From assembly GCA_002839855.1 (NCBI GenBank), contig PGYV01000006.1:16367-80366 (forward strand): a stretch of 64,000 bases of DNA. Reading direction: 5' to 3'. A program made the position numbers and the translations under genes. Origin of the DNA: Candidatus Goldiibacteriota bacterium HGW-Goldbacteria-1 (GTDB lineage: Bacteria; Oederibacteriota; PGYV01). The notes below the pieces were generated by a model. That model made no database searches and was not told the origin of the DNA. It saw only the letters and a program-made list of their open reading frames with translations. Below are positions 18,708 to 29,200 of this stretch, one piece after another. How positions within the stretch are numbered: position 1 is the first letter of the stretch; each line of letters starts with the position of its first letter.

Positions 18708-18849
18708 GGATTTGTTTTAAAACAGAACACGCGCATAATACCGAGCAATGTAATAATAGGCTCGGTATTAAAAGGCGGGGCTACCAGGGCTTAATACATA
18801 AAAAATTATATTTAAGTTATTACAAATGACAGAACAGGAGAATGATTTT

Positions 18850-21800
18850 ATGAAAAAAGGGATACTGAAATTACTTACAGGGCTTTTAATATTAATCCCG
18901 TCGTTTATATTCTCTGCGGATTCTCAGGTTAGGGTAAATTCTGTGGGATTTCTTCCTGCAAATGACAAAGGGGCGTCGGTCTCTACGGCGGTTTCGGGCT
19001 TCAACAAACGCTGTTGTTTTTTCTTCAACCGCCGCTAATATCACCGGGCCGGTTAATGCAACTGATTCCAATGAAACTGTTTATAAACTTAATTTTACCT
19101 CTTTTACAACACCCGGCACCTATTATGTTGATGTGACCGGCGTCGGCAGGTCGGTTAATTTTACTATAGCGGATAATGTATATAATGATGCTTATATTAC
19201 TTCTTATAAATCCATGTATTACTGGCGCTGCGGAATGGCTGTCAGCGCTGTTACAAACGGGCAGACTTTCGGGCACGGCGCGTGCCATACAAATGACGCG
19301 AATCAGAACTACATAGGATTTGGAAGCAATATTAGGGACGGAAAAGGCGGCTGGCATGATGCCGGAGATTTTAACAAATATATAGTTAACGCAGGCATAA
19401 CAATGGGTATGTTCTTCATGGCGTGGGAACATTACGGAAGCGTACTGAACAATATCCCGCTTACATACATGCCGAATACAGTTGCAGGTTATCCGGAGTA
19501 TAATGTATCGGCGTATCCTGATTTTCTGAAAGAATTAAGGTGGGAAATGGACTGGGTTTTAAAAATGCAGTATCCGGACGGTTCCGGTAAAGTTTCCCAT
19601 AAATTAAGCACCCTGAATTTCGGCGGTTTTATAATGCCGGAAACAGAAACCGCAACCCGCTATTATGTTGACTGGGGTTCTGCGGCTACCGCTGATTTTG
19701 TGGCGATGTGCGCAATGGCTGCCAGAATTTTCTACCCGTATGACCCTGTGTACGCGCAGAAATGCCTTGACGCGGCATGGGTAAGTTATAATTTTCTGCG
19801 CACAAATACGGCGAATAAAAACCCGGATCAGTCCGCATTTACAACCGGAGGATATGGGACAACAGACAGCGACGACAGGCTATGGGCTGCAGCTGAAATG
19901 TGGGCCACGACAGGTGATGCCAATGCAAAGACAGACCTTGATAACAGGGCAAATGCTTATTCCGATAAAACGGATGAGGATTTTGACTGGGGCAACGTAA
20001 AAAATCTGGGCATGTACACGTATTTGATGTGCACAAGGACAGGCAAGAACACAGCTATTGTAAATGATATACAGGCTGATTTGATTGCCGATGCAAACAC
20101 TATAGTTACAAAGAAAAATAATCACGCGTATTCAAGGCCTTTGGGCACAAATTTTTACTGGGGCTGCAATGGTTCGGTAGCAAGGCAGACAATGCTGCTT
20201 CAGATTGCCAATATGGTGTCGCCCAACGCTAACTATGTTAATACAGCGCTTGATTCGCTTGGATATCTTCTTGGAAGAAACCCTTTCAGGCGTTCATATG
20301 TAACGGGAATCGGGACAAGCCCTCCGATGTACCCGCATGACAGGACGTCCGGCGCGGATGGTATAACAAATCCTGTGCCGGGATATCTTGTAGGCGGTTC
20401 TAACGGAACCAACAGCGGCGACCCCGCTTTAACCGCAATGCCGGCAGGCCTTGGTGCCGCTATGTACTGGACAGATAATCAGGATTCATATGCCTCAAAT
20501 GAAATTGCTATAAACTGGCAGGGAGCGCTTGTTTACGCGCTTGCGGGTTTTTGTAAAAATCCGTCAGTACCCACATTCACGCCCACTAATACAAATACGC
20601 CCGACGGCCCCACATATACTTTCACAAATACGGCTACGCAGACAAATACGTACACGCCGTCGCATACATTCACGGTTACACCCACTGTTGTATTACCTGT
20701 GGCAATTTGTTCCGGGCCATCTTTGATAATTGACGGAAGCCTGGATGAAGCTTTCTGGCAGGCAGGGGAATGGACTGAGGTTTTAAAAGTGGTTACGGGT
20801 ACAATGCCTGCGCCCGTATCCGCGCGTTATAAAGTGCGGTATGATGATTATGGTTTTACCCTTGGCGTGCAGATTACTGACAGCGCGCTTTACAATGATT
20901 CCGGCACAGAATGGTATAACGACGATTCGGTTGAACTTTACCTTGATGTTAATAATGATAAAAGCACAACATACGACGCTGATGATTATCAGTTCAGCGT
21001 GCGCTACGTCGAAGGTATAATAAGGGAACAAAGCGGTGATCCCGGAAACGCTTACGCTGCTTACGGCTATATTGTGGGAGGTTACACGGTTGAAATTGAT
21101 GTGCCATGGGCCGATTTGGGAGTTACCCCTTTTGAAGGCATGGTAATGGGTTTTGACGTAGGCGTAAATTATGACCAGGACGGCGATGAAAGGGAAGGTG
21201 TTTTGATGTGGAACGGCACAAGCACCAACTGGCAGAACCCTTCAAATTTCGGCGAAGTAACCCTTGGCGCGCCGTGCGGTGCCGCGGAAACGCCCACGCA
21301 CACTTATACCAACACATCCACTTACACGCATACTGCGTCATACACATCAACCTTTACAAACACAGCAACAGTGCCTACAAACACGTTTACAAGCACAGCA
21401 ACAGTGCCTACAAACACGTTTACAAACACAGCAACAGTGCCTACAAACACGTTTACAAGCACAGCAACTGCACCTACATATACTTTTACGAGCACAGCAA
21501 CTGCACCTGCAAATACGTTTACGAGCACAGCAACTGCACCTGCAAATACGTTTACGAGCACAGACGTTTACAAATACGGCAACTGTTCCGACAAATACTT
21601 TCACTAACACGGCAACTGTACCGACAAATACATTTACTAATACTGCAACAGTCCCTACAAATACGTTTACAAGTACTGTAACAGTCCCTACAAATACGTT
21701 TACAAGTACAGTAACAGTATCTACAAATACATTTACAAGCACAGCAACAGCGCCGACAAATACTTTCACTCAAACTCCAACAATTCCAACGCCTACATAT

Positions 21801-22139
21801 ACTGTAACCCCTGTGATACAGGAAGGGGATAAACAGAAGATTACGGATGTAATGGTTTTCCCGCACCCATATAACGCTTCCAAAAATCCTTACGCCGGCA
21901 TAAAGTTTAACCTTTCCAAAAGCGCGGCTGTGGTAAAGATAAGATTATATTCATCAGCTTTCAGGTTGTTGGAAGAATCGGACATAGCAAAAAACTGCCA
22001 CCCGGGCAGTAATATCGGCGCGATAAGCGGAAGAAGGCTGTCAACAATGTCCAACGGGACGTATTATTTTGTCCTGATCTCGGAAGATAATGCAACAGAG
22101 GTCAGAAGTAAAGTGGATAAGATGATAATAATGAAGTAA
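18850..22139 (+). pseudogene. GH9 endoglucanase - CBM9-like - T-X repeat - C-terminal-domain gene interrupted by two frameshifts
   Basis: Three consecutive ORFs in different frames together give a complete protein. The pieces are a signal peptide + Ig-like N-terminus (frame 1), a GH9 domain with GGWHDAGDFNKY plus a CBM9-like domain IDGSLDEAFW (frame 2), and TFTNTATVPTN repeats plus the C-terminal domain (frame 3). The shifts fall at about 18990-19000 and at 21563/21564, where one 33-nt repeat unit is truncated to 16 nt. Confidence 0.7.
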
Positions 22140-22140
22140 T

Positions 22141-22355
22141 GGTTAGAATGAAAACCTTATCCCATAACCTGTTATCCCATATCCCATAAATAAAGGCATA
22201 CATCCGGCCGCGTCTTTACCTATGGGATAGGTGAATGTTGGTATTATCAAATTTCGAATCTCGAATTTCGATTCTCGATACACTTCCGTCCCTCACGCTT
22301 TAAACCGTCCCTCATGTTTTCCTAGCTGCCTAGCTGCCTAGCTGCCTAGCCGCTT
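22141..22355. repeat. intergenic repeat cluster
   Basis: TTATCCCATA / TATGGGATA inverted pairs. An (AATTTCGA/ATCTCGA) tandem at 22249-22280. A CCGTCCCTC module. (CCTAGCTG)x4 at 22322-22354. Confidence 0.75.
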
Positions 22356-22448
22356 CTCTTTCCTCAATTTTTCTGCTATAATCATCACAACTTTATTCAT
22401 TTGTTTTTGTCCAAAAACGAATTAACGCCTTATATCAAAGGAGAAAAG

Positions 22449-25400
22449 ATGACACTTAAACGGGTTTTAGCCACGGTATTTCTTCTTTCCATATTAAACT
22501 CTTACATTATTAGTGCGCCGATAACAGAGCAGATTATCGTTGACCAGATAGGGTACAGGACAACTGCCGACAAATGGTTTATGATTGCGGATCCAAGGAC
22601 GGGTTATAACGCAGCTGTTACATACGTTCCGGGTGCAAGCGTGGAATTAAGGCGCGCATCTGATGATATATCGGTTATGACTATCCCCGTTACCGCATGG
22701 AATGCCGGCGCGGAACATTCCCAGTCCGGCGATGTGGTATGGCAGGGAAATTTTTCCGCATATACAACGCCCGGTACTTATTACATATTTGACACCACAA
22801 ACAATACTCAGTCATTTGATTTTGATATTGCGGATGATACGTATAACACAATTCTTGAAAGCTCTGTTAAATCCTATTATTACCAGCGGTGCGGTACGGC
22901 AATTACCGGCGCTCACGGCGGTACGTGGACACATGCCGCTTGCCATACAACCACTCAACAGACTGCGCGCCTTTACGACGCATCACTTGGCGGCGATCAG
23001 GGAGCGGCAACCGCACGCGACATTACCGGCGGATGGCACGATGCCGGCGATTACAGAAAGTACACATCTTGGATGGCTGTTATAGTATGGGACTTGGCTT
23101 ATGCTTACGAATGGAACCCGGACGCATTTTCGGATGCTACCGGAATTCCGGAATCTAACAATGGCGTACCGGATATATTAGATGAAATAAAATGGGAACT
23201 TGACTGGCTTTTGAGAATGCAGGGTACAAACGGCGCGCTTTATTCAGGCGCATTTGTCGTGACAGGAATAAACGGAACAGGAAACGGTATCGGAGACCCG
23301 TCAACAGAGAACAGGCAGTATTTTTATGCCAACTATTCAACAGCGGCCACAGGTTCCGGCTGTTCGTCATTCGCAATAGGCGCTCGCCTTTTTGCGCCTT
23401 ATGAAGCAGCTTATCCGGGTTATTCCGCCGCGCTTCAAATCGCCGCCGAAAACGCGTGGGCTTATCTTCAGGCAAATCCTTCGAATATTACTTACAATCA
23501 CACCGGGTTTGATAACGCCAACGCCAATAAAGGGGTTGATGCTGACAGGGGGCACAGGATAATGTCGGCAGCGGAACTATACAGGCTGACCGGAGATACA
23601 GATTATAGAACTTATATTGACGATCACTACGATGACCCGCCTTCTACCGGAGTGCATAATCCGATTACAAGCGGATATTTTGAAACAAGCGGTTCTTATG
23701 AAATTCAAAGGGGATTGATTTCTTACTGCCTGGTGCCGGGCGCCACGTCATCAGTTGTAACCGCGGTAAAAAATTCAATCAATCAGGGTATACAGAACCA
23801 GGCTTATGGCCAGCGCAATAACGACCCATATAAGTCTTATACTTGGGATGGCCATCACTGTTGGGGTTCAAACGGAATCAAATCTGAATGGGGCAATCTT
23901 TGCGTCTTTGGTAATAAGTTAAATGTTAACGCCGGGCTTTCTGCGGCATATTTAAAAACAGGCGAAGAGTATCTTCATTACATTCACGGGCGCAACCCTA
24001 ACGCGTTTAATTACATTACACAGTCTCAGCTTTACGGCGCGGATAAGCCGATAAAGCAGATATATCACGGCTGGTTTCACCACGGCACGGTTTGGGATAT
24101 AAATCCAGCGCCCGGAATATTATCCGGCGGGCCTAACTGGTACTTTGTTCCTGACGCTTCGTATATAGGCACAATAGAACCGCCGCAAAATCAGCCGCCC
24201 ATGAAATCATATAAGGATTGGAACACAAGCTGGCCGGAAAATTCATGGGAAGTAACGGAAAATTCAACGGGCTACCAGTCGCGATACACTCTGCTTGCTT
24301 CGTTTTTCGCCTCTGCCGCGGGCCCGACAGCCACGCCCACATATACTTTTACCTATACCGATACAATAACACCCGGCGGGCCTACGTTTACTTTTACGCA
24401 CACGCCCACTGAAACATTTACAAACAGCCACACTTCCACACAGACGCCCACGCCTGTAAGCGTGCTTTTTAATACCTGCGATACCATAAATTACAACGGC
24501 GCCTGGACAGAAACCGCTTCTACAATATCCATCAACACAATTGAAACAGCGGCCATTACGCAGGGGACAGGCGCGCTTCAGATTGATGTTGAAACAATTG
24601 CGGCATGGCAGGACGGAATAGCATCACTTGGCGGTTTTGTTCCGTCAGACTGGAGCGGTATTGCACGCATTGAAATGGATGTTTATATCGCGCCCGGCGA
24701 AGAACCTTGGGGCGCGGCAGATACTTATCATCAGCTTGTATTAGTTGTGGATTCAAATGATACTTCAAAATGGTACAGGACTATTACAGCAAATCAGAAT
24801 ATTACAACAGGCATGAACCACCTGGTGTTTACAATAAACTGGGCACTTGATTTGGACCCTGACCCGATACTGCCCATAGACGCAATTAGCAATCTTACAT
24901 TTATTATAAATTCAGAGACAGGAAATACAGGGACGTTATATTTTGACAATATGATCCTTTATTCAACAGCATCCCCGGAGACACCAACCGCCACGATAAC
25001 ACTTACCCCGGTAATTTCCGCGACGGCAACAGCGACAGTTACAATGACAGAAGTATTATCCGCCACGGCGACATTAACAGCAACTGCAACAGTTACAATG
25101 ACAGAGGTGTTTTCGTTAACTATAACCAAGACGCCTACCGCGACAGTAACTGTAACACAGGATATATCATCCACATCGACGCCGACGGCAACGGCAACAG
25201 GAACTTCGACGGTGGAGGTCTCCGCTACATCAACACAGACAGCAACCCCCACGGCAACGCATACGGAAGAATTATCCGCGACAGTTACAAATACAATCAC
25301 TGTAACAATAACAATTACTTCGTCCTTAACTTTTACGGCAACGCCGACCATAACGCTGACGCCGGTTATTTCCGCTACAAATACGGTTACAAGGACAATT

Positions 25401-25871
25401 ACTATCACGTCATTTACATCTCCGACACCAACAGTTACGCCTTCTATAACAGCCACTTTTACACGTACAATCACGGTGACGGTTACTCCCACTGTTACAA
25501 ATATTATAAACACATTAACCCCAACCGTTACGCTTACACCGGCAATTCAGGAAGGGGATAAACAGGAAATTACAGATGTATTTATTTACCCGCATCCGTT
25601 TAACCCTGAATCTGACGAGATGAAAATGTTTATCAGATACAAGCTTTCAAAAAGTACAGGGTTGGTGAAACTGCGTTTATATTCGTCGGCGTTCAGGCTG
25701 ATAAGCGAAACAGAAATATCCCAAAACTGCACCCCGGGAATAAACACCGGAAGCGTAAACAGGGGAAAACTGAAAAACCTTTCCACAGGAACGTATTATT
25801 TTGTGTTAACCACAGATAACGGCGAAGGCGAAATTAAAAGCAAGGTGGATAAACTGATTATAATGAAGTAG
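22449..25871 (+). CDS. secreted GH9-family glycoside hydrolase with N-terminal Ig-like domain, an unclassified CBM-like domain, a T/V-rich linker and C-terminal sorting domain
   Basis: RBS AAAGGAGAAAAG precedes the ATG. GGWHDAGDYRKY marks the GH9 domain. The CBM-like domain lies at about 24465-24965. A TATxTxT linker lies at 24966-25540. The C-terminal domain lies at 25545-25868. Confidence 0.8.
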   Translation: MTLKRVLATVFLLSILNSYIISAPITEQIIVDQIGYRTTADKWFMIADPRTGYNAAVTYVPGASVELRRASDDISVMTIPVTAWNAGAEHSQSGDVVWQGNFSAYTTPGTYYIFDTTNNTQSFDFDIADDTYNTILESSVKSYYYQRCGTAITGAHGGTWTHAACHTTTQQTARLYDASLGGDQGAATARDITGGWHDAGDYRKYTSWMAVIVWDLAYAYEWNPDAFSDATGIPESNNGVPDILDEIKWELDWLLRMQGTNGALYSGAFVVTGINGTGNGIGDPSTENRQYFYANYSTAATGSGCSSFAIGARLFAPYEAAYPGYSAALQIAAENAWAYLQANPSNITYNHTGFDNANANKGVDADRGHRIMSAAELYRLTGDTDYRTYIDDHYDDPPSTGVHNPITSGYFETSGSYEIQRGLISYCLVPGATSSVVTAVKNSINQGIQNQAYGQRNNDPYKSYTWDGHHCWGSNGIKSEWGNLCVFGNKLNVNAGLSAAYLKTGEEYLHYIHGRNPNAFNYITQSQLYGADKPIKQIYHGWFHHGTVWDINPAPGILSGGPNWYFVPDASYIGTIEPPQNQPPMKSYKDWNTSWPENSWEVTENSTGYQSRYTLLASFFASAAGPTATPTYTFTYTDTITPGGPTFTFTHTPTETFTNSHTSTQTPTPVSVLFNTCDTINYNGAWTETASTISINTIETAAITQGTGALQIDVETIAAWQDGIASLGGFVPSDWSGIARIEMDVYIAPGEEPWGAADTYHQLVLVVDSNDTSKWYRTITANQNITTGMNHLVFTINWALDLDPDPILPIDAISNLTFIINSETGNTGTLYFDNMILYSTASPETPTATITLTPVISATATATVTMTEVLSATATLTATATVTMTEVFSLTITKTPTATVTVTQDISSTSTPTATATGTSTVEVSATSTQTATPTATHTEELSATVTNTITVTITITSSLTFTATPTITLTPVISATNTVTRTITITSFTSPTPTVTPSITATFTRTITVTVTPTVTNIINTLTPTVTLTPAIQEGDKQEITDVFIYPHPFNPESDEMKMFIRYKLSKSTGLVKLRLYSSAFRLISETEISQNCTPGINTGSVNRGKLKNLSTGTYYFVLTTDNGEGEIKSKVDKLIIMK

Positions 25872-26130
25872 ACGCTTGGATGGTTAGATGGTTAGAGGCT
25901 TGGTTAATTCTTATGTCTTGGTAGACGCGGGTCTTTAGCCCGCGTTGTTTTGATTTGATTATGTAAAAACGGACCAACTGCCGCGGGCTAAAGACCCGCG
26001 TCTACCAAGACTAAAACAAACCGACCCTCTGCCCATCCAACCTTCCGACCTTCAGTTTTTACTTCCGTCCCTTCGTTCCTCATGTTTTTCCTAGCTGCCT
26101 AGCTACTTAGCTGCCAAGCTGCCGCCTTTT
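25871..26130. repeat. composite palindromic intergenic element
   Basis: Left arm GCTTGGATGGTTAGATGGTTAGAGGCTTGG. Hairpin B at 25919-25948 and its inverted copy at 25981-26008. Right arm CCATCCAACCTTCCGACC...CTAGCTGCCTAGCTACTTAGCTGCC. Confidence 0.8.
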
Positions 26131-26216
26131 AAACCATTTGACACTTTTGCCCTAATTTTGTATATTGTTTAAACGGTTAAACAATACGCCTTTATTAATA
26201 TTATCGGGAGAAAACT

Positions 26217-29200
26217 TTGCTGCGCAGAACGCTTTTTACAGTGATGGTTTTGCTTGTTTTTATTACCGGCCTGCGCGCTTCTTCTATAATACCAACCCAG
26301 GCGTGGTCGCGCGATGTGGGCGCTTCCGGCTATACCGACGGCGCGCCTATAGGCGGCTTTGGCGCAGGAACAATTACATGGAAAAATAACGGGGATTTTT
26401 ACCTTTCACGCCTTGACATTGGCGCCGGCGATGAAACGGGAACTTTTACCGCGGCCAACACTAACTGCAAATTCTTTATGTATCAGAAACCGGCGTCAGG
26501 TGCGGCTACAGTACAGCGCCTTGATTCTGCTAACTTAGGCACAGGGCAGGCTGTTTACAATTCGCTTTTTCCTTTTGCGTGGGTCAACTATTCCGGCAGC
26601 AGGTTTAATGTAAAAGCAAAAGTGACGCAATACTCTCCGCTTATTCCCGAAGATTATCAGCGCGTAAGTTATCCTGTGGGCGTTTATGAATGGGAGCTTA
26701 CAAACCCCACAACCCAGAACTATGACGCGGCAATAATGTTAACGTGGGAAAATCCCTATGGTTCTTCGGCTTCGCTTGTAACGGACGGAAATTATACCGG
26801 CCTTGTTTTAAACAAAGCAGGCACAGGCACGCCAACGCTTGAAACACAGGGTGAGTTCTGCCTTGCGTCTTTATCATCGGCGAACGTTACAGTCACAAGA
26901 ATGTCAGCGGCAAACAGGGCCGCCCTTGAAACTGATTTTTCCACGGACGGCGCGCTTTCAAATACAGTCGGCAGCAACACAATAGGCGCGGTTGCTTTTA
27001 AGGTCACCCTTGCGCCGGGTCAGACAGTAAGGATTCCAATAATATTATCGTGGGACATTCCAATAACACAGTCGCAGTATAACGCCAAGTGGTACAGAAA
27101 ATATACGCAGCACTTTAACCGCCTTGGGACAAATTCGTGGGCAATAGCGCGTGAAGCGCTTGCTGACAGGTCTGTGTGGGAACAGAAACTTGATGAATGG
27201 ATTCACAGGATAACCGATAACCCCAATTACCCCGAATGGCTTAAATCCATGCTGTTAAATGAAATGTATATTTATTTTACCGCAGGCACATACTGGGAAG
27301 CGGGCGCTGCTTCAGGGCAGGCGGACAACCCTTCGGAAAATATGTTTTCGCATCTGGAATCATATATTTATGATTTTTACGGCACGTCAGACGTAAGGTT
27401 TTACGGTTCATGGGCTTTGTTCATGAACTGGCCGGAAATTGACAAGCAGTGCATAAAACAATTTTCAGACTCTGTTTACAACAACCGCTCTGACAGGCCC
27501 GCGGGATTAGGGACAACCGCGCACGATATAGGTTCAAGGGCCGATGTCTTTACACGCTGGAACGCTTACGTGTACAGGGATTCCACAAACTGGAAAGATT
27601 TAAATTCCAAACTTGTGCTTATGGTTTACCGCGACTGGCACTTAACAGGCAGGACAGATTCGGCTTTTCTTGATTACTGCTGGCAGCCGTGCAAAATAGC
27701 AATGGAAAAAACCGCAACGCAGGACGCGGACGGCGACGGGCTGCCGGATTCCAACGGTATAGACCAGACTTATGATGACATGGATTTAACAGGCGACACT
27801 TCATACTGCGGCGGGCTGTATCTTGCGTCATTGCTTGCGGCAAAAGAAATGGCGCTGGCAAAGGGCGAAACCGCGCTTGCGCAGACGTATCAGGACAGGT
27901 TTGATTTCGCGCAGCCCAACTTTGAATCACAGCTGTGGACGGGGCAATATTACAGGATTGATACTGACAGCCATGATCCAACCAGGATAATGTCAGACCA
28001 GCTGTGCGGTCAGTGGTATAACAAAGCGCTTGGGCTTCCCGGAATAGTGTCAGACGCCAATGCGGTTTCTTCTTTTCAGAAAATATACGATAATAATTTT
28101 GCCAAATTCGGGAACGGCACGCACGGTGTAATTAACGTAATGAACGCGAACGGTACAATAGACACAACTTCAAGCCAGACAGAAGAATGCTGGGTTGGCA
28201 CTTCGTGGGGCGTTGCCGCGGGAATGATTCATCAGGGAATGGAAGCGCAGGCTGACGATATAGGCCAGTCGCTTTTAAACACAATCTGGAATACCGGGCA
28301 GTACTGGTTTAGGACACCCGAAGCGTTCCGCGTTAACCTTACAATACCAAGGGCGTTTTATTATATGAGGGCAACAGCGGTGTGGGCTGTTAAACACGCG
28401 TATGATTCCGTACATCCCGTGCCCACTTATACGCCTTCGCCCACTGCCACGAATACCAATACCTGGGACCCCGCGTATCCAACATATACTTTTACCAATA
28501 CAGCAACGGCAACCAATACAAGTACTTATACCCATACAGCCACAGTAACGCCTACATTTGCCGACATCAGGGTAAACTGCGGCGGGGCGGCACACAATGA
28601 CGGAACGCATATATGGGCGGCGGATTATGGTTACACCGCGGGTACGGCGGCAGGGCCTTCGGGTGCGGTTGCGGGCGCGCCTGCAGGGCAGGGAACGCTT
28701 TATCAGACCGAAAGATGGGGAATGTCCGCGTACACTTTTAATAACATTCCTTTTGGCACTTATGATATAACTTTAAAATTTGCGGAGACGTATTCGGGCG
28801 CTTATTCTGTGGGTGCAAGGGTATTTGATGTATTTATAGAAGGCACACGCGTACTTGATGATTTTGATATTTTTGCCGAAGCCGGCGCAAGCACGGCGCT
28901 GGATAAAGTGTTTAGCGCCGTTCAGGTTTCTGACGGAGTCTTAAATATTACTTTTTCGGCATCTGTTGACAACGCTAACATTACCGCCATTGAAGTTGTG
29001 CTTGTTTCGCAGATGCCCACTTCAACGCACACTTCAACCGCCACGCGCACGCCCACCGCCACTTCTACTTATACAGCCACGGACACACAGACACCTGACC
29101 CGTTATGGACAAAGACTTTTACCTATACATATACGGACACGGCAACAAACACGGCAACTTATACTTATACAAATACATATACAATCACAAACACGCCTAC

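Noticed and set aside
21208-21681. 157-aa + strand ORF (YKHVYKHSNSAYKH repeats) overlapping the GH9 pseudogene
   Set aside because: An alternate reading frame of the 33-nt tandem repeat. The sensible frames belong to the frameshifted GH9 gene
24959-25513. 184-aa minus-strand ORF (VTVGVTVTVIV...), and similar antisense ORFs at 9828-10142, 13707-14313, 14601-14840, 21322-21866, 29655-30002, 30215-30541, 43173-43394 and 44529-44777
   Set aside because: The same artefact: antisense or alternate-frame translation of T-X repeat DNA
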